In this document: positions 48,675 to 58,353 of the stretch, in pieces
How positions within the stretch are numbered: the first letter of the stretch is position 1
Layout of the letters: every line of letters starts with the position of its first letter
Source: Acidobacteriota bacterium
GTDB taxonomy: Bacteria > Acidobacteriota > UBA6911 > RPQK01 > JAJDTT01
Direction of reading: 5' to 3'
Length of the DNA stretch: 64,000 nt
NCBI GenBank assembly: GCA_965263035.1
Contig: OZ253580.1
Location: 3,968,001 to 4,032,000 of the forward strand
Notes under the pieces: model-generated
Seen by the model: only the letters and a program-made list of their open reading frames with translations
Database searches by the model: none
What the model was told of the DNA's origin: nothing
Made by a program: the position numbers and the translations under genes

Positions 48675-48821
48675 GCATTACATTGTAAGGCACAACGTGG
48701 GGGGGGCACTCAACGCCGAATGACGCCGTCGCCGGGTACTCTCGCCAAGGACTCCCATACGGAGGCTTCATTCGGGAGTGGATCCGACCCTGGAGAGGTC
48801 TTATTATCAGGAGGGAAATTC

Positions 48822-49934
48822 ATGAAAGTCAACAGAAGGAATTTTGTCCGAGCGGCTGCGGCCGCCGGGGTGCTGCGGGAAGCGGGATTCGGCCGAACCG
48901 CCTCGGGCGGTTCCGAGGGTCGGAGAATGCGGGTCACCGCCTTCCCGCGTGCGGTTGGACGGGATCCGTCGCCGTTGTCCAAGGCGGCCCTGCGCCACGT
49001 GCGGCAGATGGGGGTCCGGGACATCCGGATCGTCTCGGCATGGGTGCCGGGTTACGACCGGGACGGCGAGATGGATCTGGACGAGTTGATGCGAGTCAAG
49101 AGGCGCGCCGAAAGTGTCGGACTCAAGATCGGCGCCGTCTATCTGCGAAAGGTGGACACCGCCAACCTGCTTCTGGACCGGCCCGGCTGGAACCGGGAGC
49201 TGGAGAAGATCTCCCGAACCATCGTGAGCATGGGGAAGGCGGGAATTCCGGTCCTGGAACACAGCCTGCTCCTCTCCCGAGTCACCCGGGACGTCTTCGA
49301 GCTTCCGCTGCCCGGCTACCGGCACGTTCTCGAGGGCAGGGGCGGATCCCGCATGTACAGGTTCGACGGGAAGGGAACCGAGGAGCACGGCCGGCCCGCC
49401 GGCTCCGTCTCCGCAGATCAGTTGTGGGAGCGGATCACCCGCTTTCAGGAACACTGCATCCCGGTGGCGTCCGAAGCCCGAGTCCACGTAGCCTGTCATC
49501 CCGATGATCCGCCGTCGGCCCGCTACTGGGGAGTCACCCAGGCCCTCAACAGCAAGGAGGGCCTGGACCGGCTCATCAACATCGTTCCCAGCAAGTACAA
49601 CGGCATCCTCCTCTGCCTGGGGACGATGCAGGAGTCGGGGGCCGACGTCATCGACCTGATCCGCTATTTCGGCGGCAAGAAAAAGATTTTCGACATCGAT
49701 TTCCGGGCCGTCCGCGGGACCGTTCCCAACTACGACGAGGTGTTTCTGGACGAAGGCGATCTGGACATGTGGAAGGTGGTCCAGGTGCTCCGTGAGGTGG
49801 ACTACCAGTGGACTCTGGAGCCGGACCACGTCCCCGGCATCACCGCCGAAGAGAAGGGCGACCTGATCTCCTATGCCTGGGCCATCGCCTACATCATGGC
49901 TCTGATCGACGCCGCCTACGGCGAACGGATATGA
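48822..49934 (+). CDS. Mannonate dehydratase-like (UxuA family) protein with a Tat signal
   Basis: RRNFVR; CHPDDPP, LCLGT, DFRAVRG, EPDHVP. Confidence 0.8.
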   Translation: MKVNRRNFVRAAAAAGVLREAGFGRTASGGSEGRRMRVTAFPRAVGRDPSPLSKAALRHVRQMGVRDIRIVSAWVPGYDRDGEMDLDELMRVKRRAESVGLKIGAVYLRKVDTANLLLDRPGWNRELEKISRTIVSMGKAGIPVLEHSLLLSRVTRDVFELPLPGYRHVLEGRGGSRMYRFDGKGTEEHGRPAGSVSADQLWERITRFQEHCIPVASEARVHVACHPDDPPSARYWGVTQALNSKEGLDRLINIVPSKYNGILLCLGTMQESGADVIDLIRYFGGKKKIFDIDFRAVRGTVPNYDEVFLDEGDLDMWKVVQVLREVDYQWTLEPDHVPGITAEEKGDLISYAWAIAYIMALIDAAYGERI

Positions 49935-49977
49935 GAACCGGACCCGTCAGTTGCTTCTCTGGACGAGGTGCGGGAGG

Positions 49978-51045
49978 TCAATCCCTTTCCACCACCCAGA
50001 TGTTGCGATAGCGCACCGGGTTGCCGTGGTCCTGCAAGTAGATGGGCCCGGGTTCGCCTTCCTTGAACTTGAGCTCGTCCACTTCGGGTGGAAGCCGCGG
50101 CAGCACGACTCGGTCGTGGATCAGGACTCCGTTGTGCCGGACCGTCATCGTCGCCGGGGAGATCTTCTTCCCCGCCGAGTCGAACCTGGCCAGGGTGAAG
50201 TCGATGTCGTAGGTCTGCCAGGACAGCGGCGGAAACGACATGTTGATCCGGGGCCCCACCATTTCGTGGATGCCCCCGGCCCGGCCGAATTTGGACAGCC
50301 GCTCGAACTTGCGGTTCTCGTGGTGCCAACCGAAGGAATCGACGATCTGCACCTCCCATTCCCGCCTGACGTAGACGCCGCTGTTGCCCCGCTTCATGCC
50401 CCGCGCCGTCGGCATGAAGGGGCAGCGGAACTCCAGGTGGATCCGGACACTGCCGAACTCCCGTTTGGTAGTCGTTCCCGCGTCCAGCAGCCGGTCCTCG
50501 ACCAGACGGCCGTCTTGCCACTCCTCGACGCCCGTACCGTCGAACAGCAAGATGGCTCCGGCGGGCGGCTCGGCGCCCAGCGTCGGCGATCGGCGCAGCA
50601 CCTTCTTCAGAAGGAATTCAACGCCGTCGGCCCGCCCGTGGAAGGTGTGGGCGTCGCCGGTGAAGACACCGTCCCGGATGGAGCCCCGGAAGTTGGAACT
50701 GGCGAATTTGAGCCGTTCGCCGTGAATGCCGTGGAAGGCGGCCCGTCCGTCCTCCTGCGTCTTGCCCCCAATGTGGGAGACGGTGCGCTCGTCCCAGCCG
50801 GCCCCCGGAAGGCCCCCCGAAAAGACCACCCCTTGGAATTCGTGGTTCCCCAGGGCAATCACCTGAATACCGATGGGGAAGCCGAAGCCCACATTGCCGG
50901 CGTACTCCCCCTGAACCTGGAAGTCGCGTCCCGCGTCGGCCGGATTCGTGAACAAGGGGAGTTCGGACGCCAAGCTGATGGAGCCCGGAGTCTCGAGAGT
51001 CGTCCAAACGGTCACGAGAATCAGGGCGAGCAGGAGGCGGCGCAT
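49978..51045 (-). CDS. DUF1080 (3-keto-disaccharide hydrolase-like) exported protein
   Basis: HLEFRCP, GNSGVY, WQTYDI, LQDHGNPVRYRNIW. Confidence 0.88.
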   Translation of the reverse strand: MRRLLLALILVTVWTTLETPGSISLASELPLFTNPADAGRDFQVQGEYAGNVGFGFPIGIQVIALGNHEFQGVVFSGGLPGAGWDERTVSHIGGKTQEDGRAAFHGIHGERLKFASSNFRGSIRDGVFTGDAHTFHGRADGVEFLLKKVLRRSPTLGAEPPAGAILLFDGTGVEEWQDGRLVEDRLLDAGTTTKREFGSVRIHLEFRCPFMPTARGMKRGNSGVYVRREWEVQIVDSFGWHHENRKFERLSKFGRAGGIHEMVGPRINMSFPPLSWQTYDIDFTLARFDSAGKKISPATMTVRHNGVLIHDRVVLPRLPPEVDELKFKEGEPGPIYLQDHGNPVRYRNIWVVERD

Positions 51046-51071
51046 GGTCGGCAGAAATCTGGTTACAGTAG

Positions 51072-51506
51072 TCAGTGCATGAACTCCTTGGCCCGCTCGG
51101 CCAGCTCCTCCGGAGTCAGATCCTCCTGGTGGGTGGCGATGCACCAGGTGTTGCCGGCCGGGTCCTGGACGAAGGCGTTGCGGTCCCCGTAGAACATGTC
51201 GGTCGGCTCCTGCATGGATGTCGCCCCGGCCTCCAGCGCCTGCGCGTAGGTGGCGTCAGTGTCCGGCACGTAGAGGTAGAGCATGCAGGGGAGTTCAGGG
51301 AAGCCTTTCTGCGCCCGACCCATCATCACGTACGAATCGCCGATGAGGGCCTCCGCGTGCCCCGTCCGCCCGTCCTGGCTGGGGACACGCTCCTTCTCCG
51401 TAGCGGCGAAAGCCACCTTGAGAAAATCGAGGAACTGGTCGATGTCGGCAACGACGATGTACGGTGTCACCGTGTGGAAGCCATCGGGGATCGGATTCAC
51501 GGCCAT
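51072..51506 (-). CDS. VOC/PhnB-family protein
   Basis: PDGFHTVTPY, FYGDR, DPAGNTW. Confidence 0.9.
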   Translation of the reverse strand: MAVNPIPDGFHTVTPYIVVADIDQFLDFLKVAFAATEKERVPSQDGRTGHAEALIGDSYVMMGRAQKGFPELPCMLYLYVPDTDATYAQALEAGATSMQEPTDMFYGDRNAFVQDPAGNTWCIATHQEDLTPEELAERAKEFMH

Positions 51507-51683
51507 GGAATCGTTCTCCTGTTCACGGCTGTTGTAGTTCGGCGTCGACAGGGCACTGAGGTTATCCAACCTTCTGCATCCCAGCAAGGGCGCGTCCAAC
51601 CGCGCCGGCAACCGCGGCAATTCAATTGAATACCGCTAACTGACTAACGGTCAGGTCGCATTCGTCATATACTCAGCGACTCT

Positions 51684-54600
51684 GTGCGAAATTCCAGCTT
51701 AGTTATCCTGCTCCTTATCAGTGTTTTGTGGACGGCTGATTCGGGCATAGCTCAGAGTCAGGTTGCGGTGTTGGAGGGGACGGTCCGGGAACTGGACGGC
51801 GGTCCTCTGACCCGCGTCGAGATCCGGGCCCGGCGGACGGAGACCAACGAACTCTTGGTCCTCGAAACCGACGCCTCCGGCCTCTACGGCTGGGACGGTC
51901 TGCCGGTGGGAGACTACGAAGTCCTGGCCTCCAAGGATGGCTTCGATTCGCAGCGAAGGATGCCGGTCCGGCTCCAGGTCGGACAGCGGGTCCGCCTCGA
52001 TTTTCGCCTCCGCACCAGCCCGCCGGGGGAGGCTTCCAAGATCGAGGGGGACCTGTCCCGGCTCACCGTCGAGCGGGACGACGTGGGCCAGCTCATCGAT
52101 CGCAAGCAGCTGCGAAACATGCCCTCCAAGGAACGCAACTTCACGGACCTGGTCACCCTGGCTCCGGGGGCTGTCTCGAGGGGGACGCGGCGCATTCAGG
52201 TCCTGGGGATGAGCTGGCGGGACAACCTGACCTATTTCGATGGGACCCTCATCACCGGCGGCGACGGGTCTACCAACATGACTCCCTCGTCGGAAGCCAT
52301 CCGGGAATTCGATGTCAAGACCGGCCTCTATTCGGCGCAGTACGGCATTCGCTCAGGAGGTCAGGTACTGTTGGTGAGCCGGCACGGCGGCAACCGTTTC
52401 CATGGCGGCCTCTTCTGGTTTCACCGCAACGACAATCTGGATGCGCGAAACTACTTCGAACAGCGGAAGGCGGAATTCAAACGGAATCAGATGGGGGGCA
52501 CTCTGGGGGGTCCCCTGATCCTGCCCGGTCTGAACCGGAATCGGGACAGCGCCTGGTTTTTCATCTCCTATCTGCATTACACGATTCGGGAGACGCTTCC
52601 CCTGACGGCCGTGGTGCCCACTCCGGAACAACGTGAGGGCCGGTTCGCCGGCGCCATCCTGGATCCGGTGACTGGGAACCCGTTTCCCGACAATCGAATT
52701 CCGGCCCATCGAATCGACCCGGTGACCCTGCAACTGCTCAGCTTCTACCCTCTTCCCAACACTGCGGGACCCCTCAACTTCACGAGTCCCGATTCCAAGC
52801 GGCCGCACGACAATCGGCAGGTCATCGCCCGCGTCGACCTGAGGACCTCTTCGTCCAGCAGTTGGGCATTCCGTTTCGCCGGTGATCGACGGCCCACGAC
52901 CCGGTCCAGAGTTTTCAGCGTCTTCACAACCCGGATGCCGCTCGGGAGCTACAGCCAAGCCATCACCAACACCCGGAGGCTCTCGGCAGGATCGGTCAAC
53001 TATTTCGGTCTGCACTGGTTCCGGAGACCCTACACGGCCGCGGTGGCCCGGCCCAAGACCGAGGCCGTGAGGCGGTTGGGAATCCCCCAACTGTTGGAGA
53101 CGGAGATCGACCGCGACGGCATTCCCCTGGTGTCGATCCAGGGATATACGGGCTTCGGGGATCTCCAGCGGATCGGACCGGTCATCGTAGGGAACTGGCA
53201 GGTGAAAGACGATCTGGCACTTCAACGCGGGCCCCACTCGTTCCAGATGGGCGTGGAGTTCCGGCAGAATTACAATTTCTTCGGCCTGCAAGGGCGGTCC
53301 CGCTTCGATTTCTTCGATCGTTACACCGGGAACGCGCTTGCCGACTTCCTCTTGGGTTACCCGTCCAGGACCCTGTTGGGAGGCGAGGAACGCCGGGGCA
53401 GTTATCACCAGAACAGCATCTACAGCTACCTGCAGGACCGTTGGCGCATCACGCCGGCGTTGGCTCTGACCCTGGGCCTCCGGTACGAATGGAGAAACCC
53501 GTGGCGGGACAAACGGGGATTCATGGGCAACTTCGATCCCGTCTCCGGAGAACTCTTTCCTCTTCTCCTGGACCTGGAACTGGCCCCGGGAGAAACGGGC
53601 CGCTTCCGTCCCAATTTTCCGCTGGTGGAGTGGCGGCCCTGGGAGGGACTGCTGCCCCGGCTGGGAATGGCTCTTCGGCTCGGCCAATCCTCGGTGCTCA
53701 ATCTGGGACTCGGGCTCTATTCCAATGAGACGGATCTCTCGATGATTCAAGGACTGGGGAAGAATCCCCGGCCCGGATCCCGGCTTCTGACCTTCAACGG
53801 CCCGCTGGAGAGTCCCGGGTTGACCCTCTCCGATCCCTTTCCTGCCGCGCTGGCCAGTTCAGCCGTTCCCACCTTGACGGGACACGTGACACCCACGCCG
53901 CTGCCCCGGACCCGTACCTGGGGACTGTCGCTGCAGCACCGCTGGACCCCCGACCTGATACTGGACATGGGCTACCAGAACTCGCGGACCGGCGGACGGT
54001 TGGAGACGGTCTCCTTCAACGACGCCGTACCCGGCAGCGGTGACCGGCAATCCCGGCGCCCCTTTCCGGAACTGCAATCGGTCCTGTTCACGGCGGCCTT
54101 TGCCGATGCCTGGTATCACAGCTCCTTCCTCCAGTTGGAAAAGAGGCCGGGTCCCGACGGGCTCCGCTTGCAGGGGTCCTTTTCCTGGGCGAGCCTGATC
54201 GATACGGGGGGCGGAGACCAGGGGAACCAGAGCGACTTGCTGCTTCGGTCCATCAACGTGTCGCCGGAGCTGAATCGAGGCGTATCGGACTCCCAGATCA
54301 AGAAGCGTTTACTCTTGTCCGGCAGCTACGACCTTCCCTTCGGTTCCAGAAGGCGATTCGTGCGGACCGGATGGGCGGGACGAATTCTGGGCGGCTGGTC
54401 GCTCCAGGGCATTTCCACCTTCCAGGACGGAGCCTGGTTCACCGTCTATTTGCCCGGTGACCCGCTCGACACCGGGTCCCATTATTCTCAGTGGCCCGAT
54501 CGCCTCCGTGAAGCCAATCTGCAGCCGTCGGAGCGGCATCCCCAGCGCTGGTTCGACACCGCCGCCTTCGCCCGGCCGGAGGGCTTTCGCTACGGAAACG

Positions 54601-54845
54601 GAGGGCGCAACACCATCGAGGGTCCCGGGGTCATCAACCTCGATGTCTCCCTCCGCCGGGTCTTGCAGGTGCGGGACGAGGAGACTCTCGAGGTGAGGCT
54701 GGAGGCGTTCAACAGCCTCAACCGCGCCAACTTCAACCCCAGGGTGCGGGACGGGATCACCCAGTTTGGAACCCCCGAATTCGGAGTCGTGGGCCGGGCC
54801 CTCGCCGGCCGCCAACTCCAGCTGGCGCTCAAGTACTCGTTCTAG
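51684..54845 (+). CDS. TonB-dependent receptor with a carboxypeptidase-regulatory N-terminal domain
   Basis: Signal peptide, FHRNDNLDARNYF, LQDRWRITP, C-terminal QLALKYSF. Confidence 0.9.
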   Translation: MRNSSLVILLLISVLWTADSGIAQSQVAVLEGTVRELDGGPLTRVEIRARRTETNELLVLETDASGLYGWDGLPVGDYEVLASKDGFDSQRRMPVRLQVGQRVRLDFRLRTSPPGEASKIEGDLSRLTVERDDVGQLIDRKQLRNMPSKERNFTDLVTLAPGAVSRGTRRIQVLGMSWRDNLTYFDGTLITGGDGSTNMTPSSEAIREFDVKTGLYSAQYGIRSGGQVLLVSRHGGNRFHGGLFWFHRNDNLDARNYFEQRKAEFKRNQMGGTLGGPLILPGLNRNRDSAWFFISYLHYTIRETLPLTAVVPTPEQREGRFAGAILDPVTGNPFPDNRIPAHRIDPVTLQLLSFYPLPNTAGPLNFTSPDSKRPHDNRQVIARVDLRTSSSSSWAFRFAGDRRPTTRSRVFSVFTTRMPLGSYSQAITNTRRLSAGSVNYFGLHWFRRPYTAAVARPKTEAVRRLGIPQLLETEIDRDGIPLVSIQGYTGFGDLQRIGPVIVGNWQVKDDLALQRGPHSFQMGVEFRQNYNFFGLQGRSRFDFFDRYTGNALADFLLGYPSRTLLGGEERRGSYHQNSIYSYLQDRWRITPALALTLGLRYEWRNPWRDKRGFMGNFDPVSGELFPLLLDLELAPGETGRFRPNFPLVEWRPWEGLLPRLGMALRLGQSSVLNLGLGLYSNETDLSMIQGLGKNPRPGSRLLTFNGPLESPGLTLSDPFPAALASSAVPTLTGHVTPTPLPRTRTWGLSLQHRWTPDLILDMGYQNSRTGGRLETVSFNDAVPGSGDRQSRRPFPELQSVLFTAAFADAWYHSSFLQLEKRPGPDGLRLQGSFSWASLIDTGGGDQGNQSDLLLRSINVSPELNRGVSDSQIKKRLLLSGSYDLPFGSRRRFVRTGWAGRILGGWSLQGISTFQDGAWFTVYLPGDPLDTGSHYSQWPDRLREANLQPSERHPQRWFDTAAFARPEGFRYGNGGRNTIEGPGVINLDVSLRRVLQVRDEETLEVRLEAFNSLNRANFNPRVRDGITQFGTPEFGVVGRALAGRQLQLALKYSF

Positions 54846-54902
54846 GAGGGGACATTCTTGTCCCCCACAGTGGCAAGAATCGGGGGTTGAAAACCCCCGC
54901 TC
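54844..54902. repeat. REP-like composite (same family as 12426-12490), serving as the 5' exon of the intron
   Basis: AGGAGGGGACATTCTTGTCCCCCAC...CAAGAATCGGGGGTTGAAAACCCCCGCTC. Confidence 0.8.
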
Positions 54903-55532
54903 GTGCGCCCGACATGGGCTGTATCTAAGGGATGAAAGATCCCAAGGGAGGTGATGGGACCAACCCTAGCCGAACCGCAAGGCGTAGCCGCGAGGTGAAG
55001 CTGAAGGAAGCGGAAGGCAAACCCACGACCGCAGGAACACGAACCGGCAGCGAGGCCGGGTGCGGGCGGTGAGCTGGCGAGCAACAGCGAAACCCGAACC
55101 CCATCCAGACGTACCAGGTAGAGCCGGGCGGCCCGGGGGGAAAGATGCAGCACCTTACTCGGGGAGATCTCAAGGGTGAGAGCCTTTGAGAAGTCAGCAG
55201 AGGTCATAGTAGCGAAGAAGCCGGATAATGCCGGTGGAGCGAAGGACCGAAGGAGTCGGACGGGCCCTATGGTGGACTCGTCAGCGGGATCGCAACTACC
55301 TCCGGAAACGGGGCGGGGGGAGGCCCCTCGGACCCGGCACGGAAGGCCCAAGGGTGGAACCCGTCAAGCCGGAAGGGCGGAGATCAAGTCCCAGCGGCGG
55401 CGAAAACCGGAAAGAAAGGCCCTTTACGAGGCTCGAAAGAGCCTCGAGTGACTCCAACCGCCGGATACTGAAAACGGTACGTCCGGTGGTGTGGGAGGGT
55501 GCAGGGGCGCAATCCCCTGCACTCGACCCGAT
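54903..55532 (+). ncRNA. Group IIC intron, ORF-less (630 nt)
   Basis: 5' GTGCG; 3' ACCCGAT; domain V ACCGCCGGATACTGAAAACGGTACGTCCGGTGGT with CGC triad; domain VI hairpin; AAGTCAGCAGAGGTCATAGTA motif; about 200-nt domain IV closed by GGAGTC/GACTCC. Confidence 0.92.
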
Positions 55533-55625
55533 CCATCCTTTTTCTTCCGGGATTTCGGCGGACCCCGGCCGGCGGGAAAGCCTTTCAGAGACAAGAGGGA
55601 GTTCGTGTGCAGCTACCTCACCGGG

Positions 55626-55904
55626 CTAAACCAATTCGATATGCACACGTCGTCCGACGATCGCCGCGGCCCGCTGGAGGCTGGAGAGTGTAATGTCGTC
55701 GTTCGGATCGAGCAGACGGTCCACCTGGGAACGGCTGGTTTTGAGCAGCTTGGCCATCTTGCTCTTAGAGAGATTCCTGCTCTTCATGGCGGCGGCTAGT
55801 TGCCACGCGACAACCTCTTTAATCGACTGCGTTTGAGCTTCATCGAAGGTGCCTTCTTCCCTGAGAAAATCATCAAGGCTCGATCCCATGTGTTGCTCGC
55901 TCAT
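55626..55904 (-). CDS. XRE/HigA-type antitoxin
   Basis: GSSLDDFLREEG, TSRSQVDRLLDP. Confidence 0.9.
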   Translation of the reverse strand: MSEQHMGSSLDDFLREEGTFDEAQTQSIKEVVAWQLAAAMKSRNLSKSKMAKLLKTSRSQVDRLLDPNDDITLSSLQRAAAIVGRRVHIELV

Positions 55905-56251
55905 CGTTCCAACTCCTTCCGGCGCTTGCGCGCGGTGGCCAGATCGGCTTTCGGCGTGGCTCGCGTTTTCTTGATGAACCCGTGCAACGCCACAAGGTGT
56001 TCACGGAAAAAACAGAGCAGCACTCGCGCCGTCCGGTTCGTTGGCAGGTCTGTCCGGACTTCCCAGAGACCTTCGCCCAACGGGCGACTCAGGGGCATAC
56101 CCACCGGCCAACGCCATTGCGCCCGCATCAGATCGTTCCCTATCGCTCGCCGCTCTTTCTCATCCAACCCTTTCAGCCCTTCCCTGACGGGTTCGCGGCC
56201 CGCACCAGTGCGGTAGAACACCAACGGGGTTTTCTGCGGCCTCTCTACCAT
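55901..56251 (-). CDS. RelE/HigB (Gp49-like) toxin
   Basis: FYRTGAGREPVRE, GLWEVR, LHGFIKKTRATP. Confidence 0.9.
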   Translation of the reverse strand: MVERPQKTPLVFYRTGAGREPVREGLKGLDEKERRAIGNDLMRAQWRWPVGMPLSRPLGEGLWEVRTDLPTNRTARVLLCFFREHLVALHGFIKKTRATPKADLATARKRRKELER

Positions 56252-56629
56252 GCCGTCTTTTCAGTGCCAATTCACCGCGAAGTGTACCATAAATAATGCA
56301 CTATATGCGGTCTGACCGGAGTGGGTTCCCGCCACCTCACAGTCGTGTAAGAGCCGCATCTGGCAAGGTGTCGCGCTCGCGGGCGACCCACTCCGTACAG
56401 CAACTCGAGGACAAAGGAAGAGAGTGTTGAGGTGGTCCCGCCGAATGCTCAGCTGCGCTTCCGGTTTCCCGAGGATTGCGCTATGCTCTCTCTTCGCCTG
56501 AATTGCCCCCGTTCGAGTCGTTTTCGAAGACCTTTCGAGCGACTCTGGAAACGCCTGCCAAGGCTGGGATTTCGCGGGTCGCAGGCGGTGTGATCCAACT
56601 TCATCGGCGGTTTCGGAGACCAGCGGAAC

Positions 56630-57049
56630 GTGGCCGTCATCGAGATCAACAGGCATCCTTCTAACCGTGAGCTCCGCCAGTTCGGTGCCATCGGGTGGCC
56701 CATCTTCTGCGGTGTGCTGGGAGCTTGGCGGGCCTACTATTCCGGTGATTGGACCCTGGCGGGGATCGTCTGGTCGCTGGGTGTCCTGGGAGCCGTCATC
56801 GGATGGCTGAGGCCGGCCTGGGTGCGGCCCGTCTACGTGGGTTGGATGTATGCGGTGTTTCCCATTGGCTGGACCGTCTCTCATCTGGTCCTGGCCGTCA
56901 TCTATTTCCTCATCCTCACTCCCATCGGACTCGTGGTACGCTGGTTCCGGCCCGACCCGCTGGGGATGAAATTGGACCGGAAACGAGACACCTACTGGGT
57001 TCCTCATGAGCCCGGCCGCGATCCGGAACGCTACTTCCGACAGTTCTGA
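56630..57049 (+). CDS. SxtJ-family membrane protein
   Basis: ELRQFG, PVYVGWM..PIGW, TPIG, DPL, TYW, YFRQF. Confidence 0.85.
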   Translation: MAVIEINRHPSNRELRQFGAIGWPIFCGVLGAWRAYYSGDWTLAGIVWSLGVLGAVIGWLRPAWVRPVYVGWMYAVFPIGWTVSHLVLAVIYFLILTPIGLVVRWFRPDPLGMKLDRKRDTYWVPHEPGRDPERYFRQF

Positions 57050-57071
57050 GGAAGATTTCCGGAGCGATTCC

Positions 57072-57278
57072 ATGGCGAACGACAGCTCATCCGAAGCTTC
57101 CCGGTTCCGCCAGGGCGCCGAACGGCCCCAGACCGGAATCGTTCGTGAGTTTTGGGACTTCCTGCGCCACAACAAGAAGTGGTGGCTGACCCCCATCATC
57201 ATCGTGTTGCTGTTGCTGGGGATTCTGATCGTGCTGTCGGGGTCGGCGGCGGCGCCCTTCATCTACACTCTTTTCTAA
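57072..57278 (+). CDS. DUF5989 (SxtK-like) small membrane protein
   Basis: EFWDFLRHNKKWWLTPI...AAPFIYTLF. Confidence 0.88.
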   Translation: MANDSSSEASRFRQGAERPQTGIVREFWDFLRHNKKWWLTPIIIVLLLLGILIVLSGSAAAPFIYTLF

Positions 57279-57291
57279 CGGGGCGGAGACC

Positions 57292-58335
57292 ATGAACAAC
57301 TATCCGAAGCTTCACAACGCCGGCTGGCCGGGGGTCGTGGGGAAGGGGCCGGACGCCGAGGAGCCTTTCATCGATCTGGACACCATGCTGGACTGGACGG
57401 CGGCGGCCGAGGTGGACGGCGTCCGGTTCGACGGAGTCGACCTCTTCCTGAGCGCTCCCCACGTGGACATCGACTCCTCCGACGACGACCTGAAGAGGCT
57501 GGCCGAGAAGGTGCAGTCGCGGGACCTGGTCATCGGAAGCGTGGTGGCCCCGGTGTGGCTGCCCACCGGCGGCGGATCGGCCATGGGAGACGTGGCCGAA
57601 CGGGGACGGTTCCTGAGCATGGTCGAGAAGGCCTGTGCCATTGCCCGGCGGCTCGGAGAACTGGGCGTGCGTCCCTATGGCGTGGTCCGCATCGATTCCT
57701 CGGTGGATCCGGGGACCTGGGCGGCTGACCCGGAAGGGAACACCGGACGCATCGCCGAGACCTTTAGAGCCGCGTGCGAACGGGCCGGGGACCAGGGCGA
57801 GCTCCTGGCGGCCGAGGGAGAGGTCTGCTGGGGCGGGATGCACAGTTGGAAGGAGATGCTGAAGCTCCTGGAACTGGTCGACCGGCCGGAGATTCTGGGC
57901 TTTCAGGCCGACATGGCTCACACGCTGCTCTATCTGCTGGGCGTCAACGCGGAGAGCGACGCGATCCTTCCGGCGAACTTCGACTGGCAGGACCAGGAGG
58001 CTTTCCAGCAGGCCTACCGGACCCTGACCGGCAGCCTCCGACGCTGGACCATCGATTTCCACGTGGCCCAGAACGACGCCACGGTCAAGGGTTCCGGCTC
58101 CCACGACAAGACGGGCCGTCACTGCCTGCCCTCCGACCCGGGGGGCAAGTTGGATGTGGTCTGGGCCGCCGGACACTGGCTCCGTGACTCGGAGGGTCAG
58201 GTCACCCGAACCTGCAGGCACATCTGCTGGGACGGCTGCATGTTTCCCAATGCGGTCATGGCGGATCCGGGAACCTGGAATCAGATCCTCTCCTGCATGA
58301 TCCAGGTCCGCGATGCCCATGGTTGGGAGGAGTGA
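57292..58335 (+). CDS. Xylose isomerase-like TIM-barrel protein
   Basis: AEGEVCWGGMHSW, DMAH, FHVAQND, HICWDGC. Confidence 0.8.
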   Translation: MNNYPKLHNAGWPGVVGKGPDAEEPFIDLDTMLDWTAAAEVDGVRFDGVDLFLSAPHVDIDSSDDDLKRLAEKVQSRDLVIGSVVAPVWLPTGGGSAMGDVAERGRFLSMVEKACAIARRLGELGVRPYGVVRIDSSVDPGTWAADPEGNTGRIAETFRAACERAGDQGELLAAEGEVCWGGMHSWKEMLKLLELVDRPEILGFQADMAHTLLYLLGVNAESDAILPANFDWQDQEAFQQAYRTLTGSLRRWTIDFHVAQNDATVKGSGSHDKTGRHCLPSDPGGKLDVVWAAGHWLRDSEGQVTRTCRHICWDGCMFPNAVMADPGTWNQILSCMIQVRDAHGWEE

Positions 58336-58353
58336 GTCGGCCTCGGGAGTGAA

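Noticed and set aside
54842-55629. Small ORFs overlapping the intron
   Set aside because: No RT or maturase motifs; the sequence is explained by RNA structure
44785-57278. Saxitoxin biosynthesis cluster
   Set aside because: Only sxtI/J/K-like genes are present; no sxtA, sxtG or other core genes
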